From: an uncultured Nitrosomonas sp.
Lineage (GTDB): Bacteria > Pseudomonadota > Gammaproteobacteria > Burkholderiales > Nitrosomonadaceae
Assembly: GCA_964639015.1 (NCBI GenBank)
Contig: CAZXBP010000001.1
Location: 10,192 to 74,191, forward strand
Reading direction: 5' to 3'
DNA length: 64,000 nucleotides
Under the pieces are notes generated by a model. That model did not search any database, had not been told where the DNA came from, and saw only the letters and a program-made list of their open reading frames with translations. The position numbers and the translations under genes are program-made. This document shows, one piece after another, positions 47,553-57,621 of the stretch; the first letter of the stretch is position 1; every line of letters begins with the position of its first letter.

Positions 47553-49189
47553 AGACTCCTTCGGTATGTTGAAGTTTTGGATCGTTTCTGAAATACAACT
47601 TGTCTCGATAATTGACTGCGGTGCCGTTCGAGTTCGGGATCATCGAAGGTGACGCGGATGCGACTCTGTACAGCAGCCTGCACGACAGACTTTCTAAAAT
47701 CATCCGAACCGTTAACCGACAGATGATTGCCGTATTTGCTGATGGCGACCTGCAACACATCTCCAAGCGATTCGTTTAAAGTATTCGGAGAAACAAACAG
47801 TCGATTGCCGTCATCACGAACAGAAGTAGTGCCAGCTTTATAAAACACCGTGCCGTCTTTGGTCACAGACTCGACATTATAGATTCTGGACTGATTGTTA
47901 TCATATTCAATACCCGCAATATGATCACCCTTAACTGTTCCACTTCTGCTGTCTCTTTTGCTTCTGGCACGTAATGCTGCCAAAGCTTCTGCGTTACCTT
48001 TTTGAGCTTCAGTTGCCAGCCAGTCAAGCCATGCCATTCTCCGAGTATTGGCTTTTAATTGCGCATAAGCTTTGCGGTACTCGCGCTTAACTTCATCCAG
48101 TATTGTTTTGAATTGGAGGCTTACGGTTGCATACAAGGCTTTCTTGCCAAGCGGCCCGGCCTGTACATGTTTGATAATGTTGCGCTTGGATCTTGCTTCC
48201 TGTTTTGCGCGCTCAATCAACAGGTCGCGCTGCTCCCGTAATTTGAGCCATTGTTCTTTTCGCCAAGAAGCTGCATTGGCTTGTTGCTGCTGATACCGCT
48301 CGTACAATCTGGAGGTATCGACATTGTTTTGCAGCGGCCTCGGTTGATAGTGTTTGGCTTTTGATTTTGGTGTTTTAGCGATTTGAGCTTTGTCCTGTGG
48401 GTGTTCTGTTTGAAATGAATCTGCTGCCGGTTCAAAAGCACCCAGCCGTTTGATCAGATTCGGTTTTGATAAAGACCGGTCAACGGAACTGGCTTTAACG
48501 GCCACACCGCTACTGGAGGCAAACACCAGTCCGTTGCCACGTTCTTTAATTTCCAAGCCATGGTTTTGCAGAATCTGATGCAAATCCTGCCAGTTGTCAG
48601 CGCGCTTGATGTCATCAAGGCATTCACGCCGAATCCAGCCCAATAAACTCTCGACACCGGCTTTGGATTCGATGTCCTGGATGATTCGCTCTGTTTTATC
48701 AATCCGGGTTTCGTGATTGACCTGAGTCAGTCCGTATTCCTGTTCGATCTGCTCACACAGTGTCGCAACTTTTTTGTAATCGTAGTACGGATTATGGATC
48801 GTTAGTTTGCGCGGATGAATCTTGTTGATCGCGATATGGATATGAAGGTTATCAGTGTCGTCATGCACGACACTGATGCGCTGATGATCACTGAGCCCCA
48901 GTGCTTTACAGAACCGTTGTTCTATCTCATTCAGTTGGGCATTGGATAACCGCTCGCCTTCAGGGAAACTCAACACCAGATGACAGGTTTTATCGGATTT
49001 GGCGCGCTTGTTCATTTCCTGGGTATTCTGGATTTCCAACAGCGCCGGTATCAGTTCCTCGGTGTAACAGTTGGTAACCGCAAGCTTACCGATGCGTTCG
49101 CTTTTGCCTTGCGGATCGGTCAGGTACTTCACCAAAGCAGAAAAATTGCTTTTGCGTATCGATTTGATGGGTATGATTTTAGCGATCAT
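47549..49189 (-). CDS. traI: MOBP-type relaxase (TraI/VirD2-like)
   Basis: VVHDDTDNLHIHIAINKIHP is the HxDxD(H/N)xHxH motif III. The N-terminus is also conserved. Confidence 0.9.
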   Translation of the reverse strand: MIAKIIPIKSIRKSNFSALVKYLTDPQGKSERIGKLAVTNCYTEELIPALLEIQNTQEMNKRAKSDKTCHLVLSFPEGERLSNAQLNEIEQRFCKALGLSDHQRISVVHDDTDNLHIHIAINKIHPRKLTIHNPYYDYKKVATLCEQIEQEYGLTQVNHETRIDKTERIIQDIESKAGVESLLGWIRRECLDDIKRADNWQDLHQILQNHGLEIKERGNGLVFASSSGVAVKASSVDRSLSKPNLIKRLGAFEPAADSFQTEHPQDKAQIAKTPKSKAKHYQPRPLQNNVDTSRLYERYQQQQANAASWRKEQWLKLREQRDLLIERAKQEARSKRNIIKHVQAGPLGKKALYATVSLQFKTILDEVKREYRKAYAQLKANTRRMAWLDWLATEAQKGNAEALAALRARSKRDSRSGTVKGDHIAGIEYDNNQSRIYNVESVTKDGTVFYKAGTTSVRDDGNRLFVSPNTLNESLGDVLQVAISKYGNHLSVNGSDDFRKSVVQAAVQSRIRVTFDDPELERHRSQLSRQVVFQKRSKTSTYRRSL

Positions 49190-49193
49190 GGTG

Positions 49194-49208
49194 TTTAAGC
49201 GGCTTAAG
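49194..49208. promoter_or_regulatory. second KorB-operator-like site TTTAAGC-G-GCTTAAG (14/15 identical to 12550-12564)
   Basis: It lies in the 40-nt traJ-traI spacer. Confidence 0.35.
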
Positions 49209-49229
49209 TAAGTTTGATTATTCCGAATG

Positions 49230-49643
49230 TCATTTCCTGAGCTTTATGATTTCATTGAGCATCACACTTTGTGTTTCCCGGATTGTGTCCAGCGTCATAT
49301 GTAATTGTGATTTGCCGATGTATTTTGTGCGCTTATCATTGGTAAGCCATAATTTAATCAACCCACCAAGTCGCCCCAGGTCGGCATTGATTTTAAGCAA
49401 CGCATCCACTTGCCGGTTATCGATGATGCTCGGCACGCTATAACCCAGACCCAGATTGCGCAGATACTCTGCAATCGTTAATCCGGCTTCACTGGCTTTT
49501 GCTTTAATCATCATTTCTTCCTCCGGCAATACAGGAACTCTGAGGCGCTTGTCACGTTTGGTGTGCTTTGCATGCTTTGTTCCTTTGTTTCGATTAACAA
49601 TCTTCCGTTTTTCATCACTTCTTTGGCGCTCCAAAACTGTCAT
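49230..49643 (-). CDS. traJ: relaxosome accessory protein (MobC/TraJ-like)
   Basis: RVPVLPEEEMMIKAKASEAGLTIAEYLRNLGLG is the MobC ribbon-helix-helix-like pattern. The gene is adjacent to oriT. Confidence 0.7.
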   Translation of the reverse strand: MTVLERQRSDEKRKIVNRNKGTKHAKHTKRDKRLRVPVLPEEEMMIKAKASEAGLTIAEYLRNLGLGYSVPSIIDNRQVDALLKINADLGRLGGLIKLWLTNDKRTKYIGKSQLHMTLDTIRETQSVMLNEIIKLRK

Positions 49644-49703
49644 TTCCGCTTACCTCGTAGAGCAAGATCAACGTTGAGCAAAATATTTGCGAATAAAGTT
49701 TGC

Positions 49704-49735
49704 GTGGAGATGGCCATCTCCACATATCTTGCCCT
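49704..49735 (+). promoter_or_regulatory. oriT: oriT core: perfect 10+10 inverted repeat GTGGAGATGG/CCATCTCCAC followed by a nic-like ATATCTTG|CCC
   Basis: It lies between the divergent traJ and traK genes. TATCTTGC differs by one base from the IncP/MOBP nic consensus YATCCTGY. Confidence 0.55.
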
Positions 49736-50057
49736 GTCGTGTTGGTTTTTTAAAGTATATTACCATTATATAAGAAGTTTGCAAACAGTTTATTTTCGTT
49801 ATATTATAATTTCAACTGCTTTGAAAATACTTTCAAAAAGCTTCTTTCAAGTAAAAGAAAGCACTTTTGAAACAAAAAGAAAGGATAAAAAAGCAAAAGA
49901 AACGGATTGAAGCAAAATGAAACTGAAAGCAACGCTATTGCAAGTGAATGAAACTTTGAAATTGGGAAGGAAGTTTTTTTATAAAAAATAAAAAAACAAA
50001 CAAAAAGCAAAACCAAAAATTTCTTTCACCAAAGAATAATTTGATACGGAGAACATT

Positions 50058-50384
50058 GTGATGGCCAAAACCTTATCAGAACGTATCGCGCTATTTACAG
50101 ACAAGAACAAAAATACCGGCAAACAGTTTTTGCCGGTATTTATCGCATTAAAACCAGATATCGAACAGGCATTACAGGATGGTTGGACGGTGCACCAGGT
50201 ATGGGACACGTTATATGACGAGGGAAAGATTAAATGTTCGTACCAGTGGTTCAGAACGTTGGTTAATCGCCACATCACTGACAACAGAAAACAAAAGATT
50301 CTCACTACACCAGAAAAATCAGCAGTCGCTGATCAGGATGGTTTTCGTTTTAATTCTGCAACTGAAAAAGAGGAGCTTATCTGA
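50058..50384 (+). CDS. traK: TraK-like oriT-binding protein
   Basis: Its position divergent from traJ across oriT, followed by traL and traM. Small basic protein. Confidence 0.5.
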   Translation: MMAKTLSERIALFTDKNKNTGKQFLPVFIALKPDIEQALQDGWTVHQVWDTLYDEGKIKCSYQWFRTLVNRHITDNRKQKILTTPEKSAVADQDGFRFNSATEKEELI

Positions 50385-51115
50385 TGGCCAAGATACATAT
50401 GATACTGCAAGGAAAAGGCGGCGTTGGTAAATCGTTTATCTCATCAACACTGGCACAGCATAGGATTGCCAAAGGTAAAAATCCTTTGTGCATCGATACC
50501 GATCCGGTCAATGCCACATTCTTTGGTTTCAAAAAACTCAATGTTAAGCAGATTAATGTGATGAACAACGATGAAATCGATCCGAGGAAGTTTGACGATC
50601 TGATTGAACTCATCGCCAATACTGAAACCGATGTCATTATCGATAACGGCGCCAGCACCTTCGTACCAATGTCACATTACCTGATCAGCAACCAGATTCC
50701 GGCATTGTTGCTGGATATGGGGCATGAACTGGTTGTTCATACGGTGATCACCGGAAGCCAGGCATTGCTCGATACGCTCAATGGCTTTGTGCATCTCGTG
50801 AAACAGTTCCCGAAAGAAGCATTGTTTGTGGTCTGGATCAATCCATACTGGGGCGAGATCACCATGAACGGCAAACAATTTGAGGAAATGAAAGCGTATA
50901 TCGACAACAAAGCCCGTGTATCGGCAATCATTAGAATTCCACACTACAAGCCGGAAACCTTCGGCAAGGATTTGAGTGAAATACTGCAATCGAAACTCAC
51001 CTTCGATGAAGCGCTTAAAAACAGCACGCTGCCGGTAATGGTTCGCCAACGATTAACCATTATCAGAAGGCAACTGTTTACCAATCTGGAAAACATGGCT
51101 GCAGTTTTGTCATGA
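50384..51115 (+). CDS. traL: TraL (ParA/MinD-like P-loop protein)
   Basis: ILQGKGGVGKSFIS is a deviant Walker A. Confidence 0.8.
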   Translation: MAKIHMILQGKGGVGKSFISSTLAQHRIAKGKNPLCIDTDPVNATFFGFKKLNVKQINVMNNDEIDPRKFDDLIELIANTETDVIIDNGASTFVPMSHYLISNQIPALLLDMGHELVVHTVITGSQALLDTLNGFVHLVKQFPKEALFVVWINPYWGEITMNGKQFEEMKAYIDNKARVSAIIRIPHYKPETFGKDLSEILQSKLTFDEALKNSTLPVMVRQRLTIIRRQLFTNLENMAAVLS

Positions 51116-51546
51116 ACAGCGACAAGCTGGATGCATTGATCAAACGGGTCGCATCAGAACACGGCATCGTTCTGACCAAAGATGATCCGATTTTGATGAT
51201 GCATACGCTCAATGAAGTATTGCTGGAACAGAATGAAAAAGCACAGGCTGAATTGCTGAACAAATACGAAGCGATTCTGCAGGAAAGTTTCAATCAATGG
51301 CATTCATATGTCAGCAAAAAAGCGAATGCGCTGATTAATGCACAACATAACAGCTTCAGCAAAAGCAATGACCCGTTGACAGACCAGAGCATGCAGTTAA
51401 TCGGCGAAAAAATCAGAATCGCGATCAATCATGAAATCCGTGACTTGACCAGAATTTCCAGGCAGGCAGCTATCATGAATTTACTGGCTGCCGTTTTGGT
51501 ATTGGTTTCAACAATCATTATTTCATTCACGTTCTTACAGCTTTAA
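51112..51546 (+). CDS. traM: TraM-like protein
   Basis: Position and size; C-terminal TM segment. Confidence 0.5.
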   Translation: MNSDKLDALIKRVASEHGIVLTKDDPILMMHTLNEVLLEQNEKAQAELLNKYEAILQESFNQWHSYVSKKANALINAQHNSFSKSNDPLTDQSMQLIGEKIRIAINHEIRDLTRISRQAAIMNLLAAVLVLVSTIIISFTFLQL

Positions 51547-51565
51547 CTAAAAGGTTGGACGGCTT

Positions 51566-51895
51566 ATGAAAACCTTAAATCTGACAGAAGCAGCCCAGTT
51601 TCTAAAGCTGCATCCCGAGGAAGTGCGCCGTCGCGCAAAAGCCGGAATCATTCCCGGCGCCAAACTAGGGAAGCGCTGGGCATTTATTGAAGATGACCTT
51701 GCCGATCATATCCGCTCGTTATATGCTTGTACCCGGCAAGCGTTGCAAGTGGGACATGAGGAGAAAAAATTATGTCACTCTTTAAACGCGGTAAAACGTG
51801 GTGGATTCGATTCACCGCACCAAGCGGCGAGCGCATTAGATGCTCTGCTGCAACAGAAGACAAAACCCAGGCGCAGGAATTCCACGACAAGCTGA
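51566..51895 (+). CDS. xis: excisionase-family HTH protein (Xis)
   Basis: LNLTEAAQFLKLHPEEVRRRAKAGIIPGAKLGKRWAFIEDDLADHI. Its tail overlaps the integrase start by 124 nt in another frame. Confidence 0.6.
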   Translation: MKTLNLTEAAQFLKLHPEEVRRRAKAGIIPGAKLGKRWAFIEDDLADHIRSLYACTRQALQVGHEEKKLCHSLNAVKRGGFDSPHQAASALDALLQQKTKPRRRNSTTS

Positions 51896-52800
51896 AAGCG
51901 GAATTTTGGCTGGTTCAAAGATTGGGCAATAAGCAAAAGCGCACTTGGGATGAAGCGGCGTGCAAGTTTTTGTTGGAAACTCAACACAAAGCTACGCACG
52001 AACGCGACAAAGAAAAATTGCGGTGGTTGCAGCAATTTTTACGTAACAAGCTATTGAACGAGATAGACCGCATGCTGATAGATCATATTGCATACACTAA
52101 AGCCAAAGAAACCAGCCCTTCAACGGCGAATCGGCATCTGGCATTAATACGTGCAATTCTTCGCAAGGCATGCTACGACTGGGAATGGGTCGATAAGGTT
52201 CCTAAAATCAGATTATTTCCGGAACCAAAACGTCGAGTGCGCTGGCTTACACCAGAGCAGGTCAGGGTGCTTCTCAACGAACTACCTGCCCATCAGCAGG
52301 ATATGGTAATTTTTGCTCTGACAACCGGGTTAAGGCAATCCAATGTTTTGAATTTAGAATGGAGCCAAGTTGACCTTGAGCGTAAAGCAGCGTGGATTCA
52401 CCCTGATCAGGCAAAGGCAAGAAAGGCAATCCATGTCCCGCTAAATTCAATAGCTCTAGCTGTTTTATACCGCCAGATTGGCAAACATCCAAGCAGGGTA
52501 TTCACGTACAAAGGGCGCTCAATTTCATGGGCGAATACCAGTGCTTGGAGAAATGCTTTAAAACGAGCCGGAATAGAAAATTTCCGTTGGCATGACCTGC
52601 GCCACACCTGGGCAAGTTGGTTAGCCCAACAGGGTGCACCGATGAATGTACTGCAGGAACTCGGTGGCTGGGAGTCAGAAGAAATGGTCAGACGGTATGC
52701 TCATCTGTCAAAACCACAGCTTTTAGAACACGCCGAACTCGTTTCCAATGTCTTTATTGGCACAAATCTGGCACACCCTAAGAAAAAAGAGGTTAGATAA
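51772..52800 (+). CDS. int: tyrosine recombinase / integrase
   Basis: R...HDLRHTWASWLAQQG...RRYAHL is the catalytic R-H-R-Y pattern. A GAGGAG RBS precedes it. Confidence 0.9.
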   Translation: MSLFKRGKTWWIRFTAPSGERIRCSAATEDKTQAQEFHDKLKAEFWLVQRLGNKQKRTWDEAACKFLLETQHKATHERDKEKLRWLQQFLRNKLLNEIDRMLIDHIAYTKAKETSPSTANRHLALIRAILRKACYDWEWVDKVPKIRLFPEPKRRVRWLTPEQVRVLLNELPAHQQDMVIFALTTGLRQSNVLNLEWSQVDLERKAAWIHPDQAKARKAIHVPLNSIALAVLYRQIGKHPSRVFTYKGRSISWANTSAWRNALKRAGIENFRWHDLRHTWASWLAQQGAPMNVLQELGGWESEEMVRRYAHLSKPQLLEHAELVSNVFIGTNLAHPKKKEVR

Positions 52801-52820
52801 AATATCTAACCTCTTGATTT
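52788..52820 (+). terminator. hairpin AGAGGTTAGAT-AAAAT-ATCTAACCTCT plus T-rich tail at the integrase stop
   Basis: A perfect 11-bp stem read from the sequence. Confidence 0.45.
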
Positions 52821-52822
52821 TA

Positions 52823-52899
<77 letters not shown>

Positions 52900-52917
52900 T
52901 GTTTTATTTCATTCTCA

Positions 52918-55068
52918 TCAATTGCCAGTGTCCAGAAAACTGCGAAGTCTTTCTGAGCGTGCTGGGTGACGCAACTTCCGCAATGCTTTAGCTTCAATCT
53001 GCCGTATACGCTCACGGGTTACATCAAACTGTTTTCCGACCTCTTCAAGTGTATGGTCAGTATTCATTTCAATACCAAACCGCATACGCAGGACTTTTGC
53101 TTCACGGGGCGTCAGAGAATCGAGTATATCCTTTGTTACCCCTCTAAGACTAGCATAAACTGCAGCATCGGCCGGCGCCATTGTAGCAGAATCTTCTATA
53201 AAGTCACCAAGATGTGAATCCTCGTCATCTCCTATCGGAGTTTCCATGGAAATCGGTTCTTTGGAAATCTTGAGGATTTTTCGAATCTTCTCTTCAGGCA
53301 TTTCCATCTTCTCGGCAAGCACGGCAGGCTCGGGCTCTTGTCCGGTTTCTTGAAGTATTTGGCGCGATATGCGATTCATTTTATTGATAGTCTCAATCAT
53401 ATGAACAGGTATCCGGATAGTACGGGCCTGGTCAGCAATGGAGCGTGTTATCGCCTGCCGTATCCACCAGGTTGCATATGTTGAAAACTTGTATCCGCGT
53501 CGATACTCGAATTTATCAACCGCCTTCATCAAGCCAATATTGCCTTCCTGTATCAAGTCAAGAAACTGTAGTCCACGGTTGGTATATTTTTTGGCAATAG
53601 AAATAACCAGGCGTAAATTGGCTTCGGTCATTTCCCGCTTTGCCCGGCGCGCTTTCGCTTCACCCGTCGACATTTTCCGGTTTATTTCTCGCAAGTCTTT
53701 AATCGAGATACCAATGGCTTCCTTGAGATTATGTAATTTCTGCTGTTGTTCAATAATTTCAGGCTTGTAATGTTCGAGCGCTTGGCTGCAGGGTTTTCCC
53801 GATGCAACTTCTTTTGCAATCCAGTCGAAATCCGTTTCATTTCCAGGAAATGTCTTGATGAAATAATTCCGCGGCATTTTGGCTCTTGTCACGCATAGCT
53901 CCATAATTCTGCGTTCATACTGGCGCACATCCTGAACTAATGCGCGTTGCATGTCACATAGTTTCTCCACAGTTTTTGCTGAAAAACGCATGCACATGAG
54001 CTCGTTGGAGATTTTTTCCTGTAATTCCTGATATTTGTTGCTGCCAGGACCTTCGTTGCTCAAAACAATTTGCATTTCAGCGAAAATATCACGAACAGCA
54101 GCGAAATGCACCAATGCATCTTCTTTAAGTTTCATCAGATCCGCACTGACTATGGTACCGTTATCATCTGCATCATTGTCATCATCGTCGTCATCAAGAT
54201 CACCGGAATCCAGGTCGGAATCAAGGGATTCACCTGCCATATCGGCATTCAGTATGTCCTGATCATCCGAATCAACCAAACCATCGACCACTTCATCAAT
54301 GCGAAGATTGTCGTTCTCAACTTCCGATGCCATTTTTATAATTTCAGCAATGATGGGCGGACAAGCGGAAATAGCCTGAATCATATGACGCAATCCGCCT
54401 TCAATACGTTTAGCAATTTCGATTTCGCTTTCACGCGTCAACAGACCTACCGATCCCATTTCACGCATATACATACGAACAGGATCCGTGGTGCGCCCAA
54501 ACTCTGAGTCAACCGAAGATAATGCCGCCTCCGCCTCTTCTGCAACATCTTCGTCTGCAACTGTTGTAGCTGAATCTGACATTAGTAATGTTTCAGCATC
54601 AGGCGCCTCATCATGCACGGAAATACCCATGTCATTGATCATGCTGATGATGCCCTCTATCTGCTCGGCATCCAGCATATCATCCGGCAGGTGATCGTTG
54701 ATCTCCGCGTATGTTAAATAACCGCGTTCCTTGCCCAACACAATCAACCTTTTCAGGCGCATGCGCCTGGCCTCCATATCCTGAACAGAGGTGTTGCTTT
54801 CGGGTATTGATACGGCAGCAGCTGATTCAATGCTGGTAAATTGTTCTGCTGCACTTTTTGTTTTTTTGCTGGCGCGAGGTTTCGCCTGCTTGGTTTTCTG
54901 TTTTTCACTTTGCGCAGTCATAGCATCGTCAACTGACTGTGTCGTACTTTTGGTTTTACTCCGAGAAGACTTGGCAGAATCCTTTATATTTTTATTATTT
55001 CCTTCCGCGCCTGATACTGACTTTTCAACTTCTGCGTCTTTAATTTTGACTGATTTTGTCTTTGACAT
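52918..55068 (-). CDS. rpoD: RNA polymerase sigma factor RpoD (sigma70)
   Basis: Regions 1.1 to 4.2 are present: [28 protein letters not shown] and [30 protein letters not shown]. Confidence 0.95.
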   Translation of the reverse strand: MSKTKSVKIKDAEVEKSVSGAEGNNKNIKDSAKSSRSKTKSTTQSVDDAMTAQSEKQKTKQAKPRASKKTKSAAEQFTSIESAAAVSIPESNTSVQDMEARRMRLKRLIVLGKERGYLTYAEINDHLPDDMLDAEQIEGIISMINDMGISVHDEAPDAETLLMSDSATTVADEDVAEEAEAALSSVDSEFGRTTDPVRMYMREMGSVGLLTRESEIEIAKRIEGGLRHMIQAISACPPIIAEIIKMASEVENDNLRIDEVVDGLVDSDDQDILNADMAGESLDSDLDSGDLDDDDDDNDADDNGTIVSADLMKLKEDALVHFAAVRDIFAEMQIVLSNEGPGSNKYQELQEKISNELMCMRFSAKTVEKLCDMQRALVQDVRQYERRIMELCVTRAKMPRNYFIKTFPGNETDFDWIAKEVASGKPCSQALEHYKPEIIEQQQKLHNLKEAIGISIKDLREINRKMSTGEAKARRAKREMTEANLRLVISIAKKYTNRGLQFLDLIQEGNIGLMKAVDKFEYRRGYKFSTYATWWIRQAITRSIADQARTIRIPVHMIETINKMNRISRQILQETGQEPEPAVLAEKMEMPEEKIRKILKISKEPISMETPIGDDEDSHLGDFIEDSATMAPADAAVYASLRGVTKDILDSLTPREAKVLRMRFGIEMNTDHTLEEVGKQFDVTRERIRQIEAKALRKLRHPARSERLRSFLDTGN

Positions 55069-55284
55069 ATATTTAAAAATTCCAATGTGAAACGGAGTGA
55101 AAAGAATAAAAACTGAAAATTGACGATTATATCAAAATTTCATTTTGACTTGCATTATAGTCATCGTGAATTTACAGAAGCGTAAGCGTTTGTTCAATAG
55201 TTCACGGTAAAACGCTGAAAGTTATTTGGGAATTCAGAGAAACGCCTGCATCGGGCATTTACCCTTCGCGATAATCTAAACAGA

Positions 55285-56097
55285 TTATTGATGGGAGCGC
55301 ACCCAATCACGCCACTGTACAAACAAATTCCTGTCTAACGCGGCAATTACAGAGCGACGCCAGGGCGAGCCTGCCCAATAATCGTCATGATCAAATCCTG
55401 ACATATAACCGCCGGCTTCCTCCAGAATCAGACTGCCTGCCGCATAATCCCATGGCTTTTGCCCGCCATGGAGATAAAGATCAAAGTAACCCGCTGCCGT
55501 ATAGCACCACTCTAAAGTACACGCACCGTAATTTCGCTGAGAAGCATACGGTGGATCAGCAGCGACTTCCGTTGCCAATTTTCTATGCAGCCTTTTTAAG
55601 TCCACATTAGCCACCGCATTCGTTAAAACCGAAGCATTATGTTTTATTGGCAACCGCTTGCCATTCAAATAAGCGCCTCGCCCTTTCTCCGCATAAAACA
55701 TTTCATTCGACACCGGATTATAAATGACGCCCAATACGCTTCTGCCCTGCTCCATCCTTGCCACCGAAATGGCGAAAAAAGGTATCCCATTGAGAAAGTT
55801 CGATGTACCGTCGATTGGATCAACACTCCATAACCCTTCGCTCCCTTTAGACCATTGCACTTCTTGCATTTTTCGGGGCATTTCTTCTCCCAGAACAGGA
55901 CCCGGACGAATCTTTTGAAGCGCTTCTATCAAGGCATCCTGCGCCGCCAGATCTGCCTCGGTAAACGTACTTCCATCCGCTTTTATCTGACGGGCAACCT
56001 GCAAAAAACGTGGCATAACTTCATGCTGTGCTATCTCCTTGACTATTGCAATAACTTCGTTCAGCACGTTTATTCTGAACGCCACTTGATTGAACAC
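55285..56097 (-). CDS. inositol monophosphatase family protein (SuhB/CysQ-like)
   Basis: WSVDPIDGTSNF and WDYAAG motifs. Confidence 0.85.
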   Translation of the reverse strand: MFNQVAFRINVLNEVIAIVKEIAQHEVMPRFLQVARQIKADGSTFTEADLAAQDALIEALQKIRPGPVLGEEMPRKMQEVQWSKGSEGLWSVDPIDGTSNFLNGIPFFAISVARMEQGRSVLGVIYNPVSNEMFYAEKGRGAYLNGKRLPIKHNASVLTNAVANVDLKRLHRKLATEVAADPPYASQRNYGACTLEWCYTAAGYFDLYLHGGQKPWDYAAGSLILEEAGGYMSGFDHDDYWAGSPWRRSVIAALDRNLFVQWRDWVRSHQ

Positions 56098-56627
56098 CCA
56101 ATGCTTGGTATCTGCTCTTTAGGTCCTTTGCCTGTCATCGCGACTTCAAGCATACCTTCAAACAAATCACGGCGCGCATTGGACGGTGCGGCTTCCTTGC
56201 GGGATGCGTCCAAACGTCCACGGTATTGAAGCTCTAATTGTTTATTAAATCCAAAAAAATCAGGTGTGCATACCGCGCCATAGGCTTTGGCAATTTGCTG
56301 CGTTTCGTCCCACACATACGGGAAGGGATAAGCCCACTCACTGGCAATACGAACCATATTATCAAAAGAATCCTCGGGATAATCATTCGGATCATTAGAC
56401 ATAATTGCAATCGCATTAACACCATGCTGTTTTAATTCGTTGACATCGCGGATGAGGCGATCCTGTATCGCCTTGACGTAAGGGCAGTGATTACAAATAA
56501 ACATAATCAGCAGCCCATTTTCTCCTTTTGCTGTAGCCAGATTATAGCGCTTACCATCGACACCCAGTAAATCAAAGTCAACCGCTTTCCAGCCAAAATC
56601 ACAAACAGGTGTTTCCAAACTTGCCAT
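56070..56627 (-). CDS. thioredoxin-fold (redoxin/AhpC-TSA-like) protein
   Basis: FICNHCPYV active-site-like motif. Confidence 0.7.
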   Translation of the reverse strand: MASLETPVCDFGWKAVDFDLLGVDGKRYNLATAKGENGLLIMFICNHCPYVKAIQDRLIRDVNELKQHGVNAIAIMSNDPNDYPEDSFDNMVRIASEWAYPFPYVWDETQQIAKAYGAVCTPDFFGFNKQLELQYRGRLDASRKEAAPSNARRDLFEGMLEVAMTGKGPKEQIPSIGCSIKWRSE

Positions 56628-56815
56628 TATTCTTTATCTCCTAATTAGAAATAATTCATTCAAAACCAAATTCTTTTATCTCGGTTCATGCTTATCTGAC
56701 CAACCATTTACCAAATGCTTTCGACATCATTTTCATGCAGATAGTTTAATAAGCTAAACATGTTATATTAGCACGAGTCGACATACCCATTTTGTTATCG
56801 CCCCCAGATTAAGCC

Positions 56816-57559
56816 ATGCCTCCCCGCTTTTATCACACCGAAGAAATTTCTGTCGGCCAGACCGTTGAACTCAATCTTGCTGCCGGACATCACGCAAGCA
56901 GGGTATTAAGGCTTAAAATCGGCGACTCAATTACAGTATTCAATGGCAGAGGCGGCGAATTTCAGGCGCACATAAAAAGCATTCAAAAAACATCGACATC
57001 GATCATTATTGATCAGTTTGATGATATTGAACGTGAATCGCCACTGACGATTACACTCATTCAGGCGCTGTGTGCCAACGATAAAATGGATTGGATTATA
57101 CAAAAATCGGTTGAATTAGGCGTGACCCGCATCCAGCCGATTGTTACTACTCGAAGTATTGTTCATCTAACAGAAGAACGCGCAGCAAAACGACTTGCGC
57201 ACTGGAAAAAAATCATTATTTCCGCATGCGAACAGTGCTGCAGAAACCATATACCCATAGTGGAACAGCCGCAATCGTTGACAGACTGGCTTAGCACCAG
57301 AGAAACCGATATGCAGCAACATCTCGATTTTATGTTATCTCTCAATGGTCACCACTGCCTGAAAGACTTCCCCAGGCCAGCAGCAGGTACGCAACTGACA
57401 ATCGCAATCGGGCCGGAAGGCGGCTGGACAGAGGATGAAGAAATAATTTTGCGGCAGGCCGAATTTACGGCTCTGCGCACAGGCCGACGGATAATGCGAA
57501 CGGAAACCGCAGCGCTGGCAACTATCGCAGCGCTACAGGCATGTTGGGGAGATTTCTAA
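56816..57559 (+). CDS. rsmE: 16S rRNA (uracil1498-N3)-methyltransferase RsmE
   Basis: MPPRFY...HHASRVLRLKIGD...IGPEGGWTEDE. Confidence 0.85.
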   Translation: MPPRFYHTEEISVGQTVELNLAAGHHASRVLRLKIGDSITVFNGRGGEFQAHIKSIQKTSTSIIIDQFDDIERESPLTITLIQALCANDKMDWIIQKSVELGVTRIQPIVTTRSIVHLTEERAAKRLAHWKKIIISACEQCCRNHIPIVEQPQSLTDWLSTRETDMQQHLDFMLSLNGHHCLKDFPRPAAGTQLTIAIGPEGGWTEDEEIILRQAEFTALRTGRRIMRTETAALATIAALQACWGDF

Positions 57560-57621
57560 ATTCAATCTACAATACTTACCGAATAACTCGCCCTGATAAT
57601 TTATTGCATTGTTCGCTACTC

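Larger units (their letters stand above)
10445..52822. mobile_element. integrative conjugative element with IncP-1-like Tra1/Tra2 backbone (minimum extent; the left boundary is not identified and may lie beyond position 1)
   Basis: The integrase and Xis abut a tRNA 3' end at 52823. A full MPF (trbB-trbN), T4CP, MOBP relaxase, oriT-like site and korB are present. No direct repeat of the tRNA 3' end was seen in 1-10450. Confidence 0.8.

Noticed and set aside
49740-50057. An AT-rich repeat-laden region as a possible oriV, with 24718-25425 as a possible trfA/oriV remnant.
   Set aside because: There are no 17-22-bp iterons, DnaA boxes or rep gene nearby. Its location between traJ and traK fits the TraK-binding arm of oriT instead.
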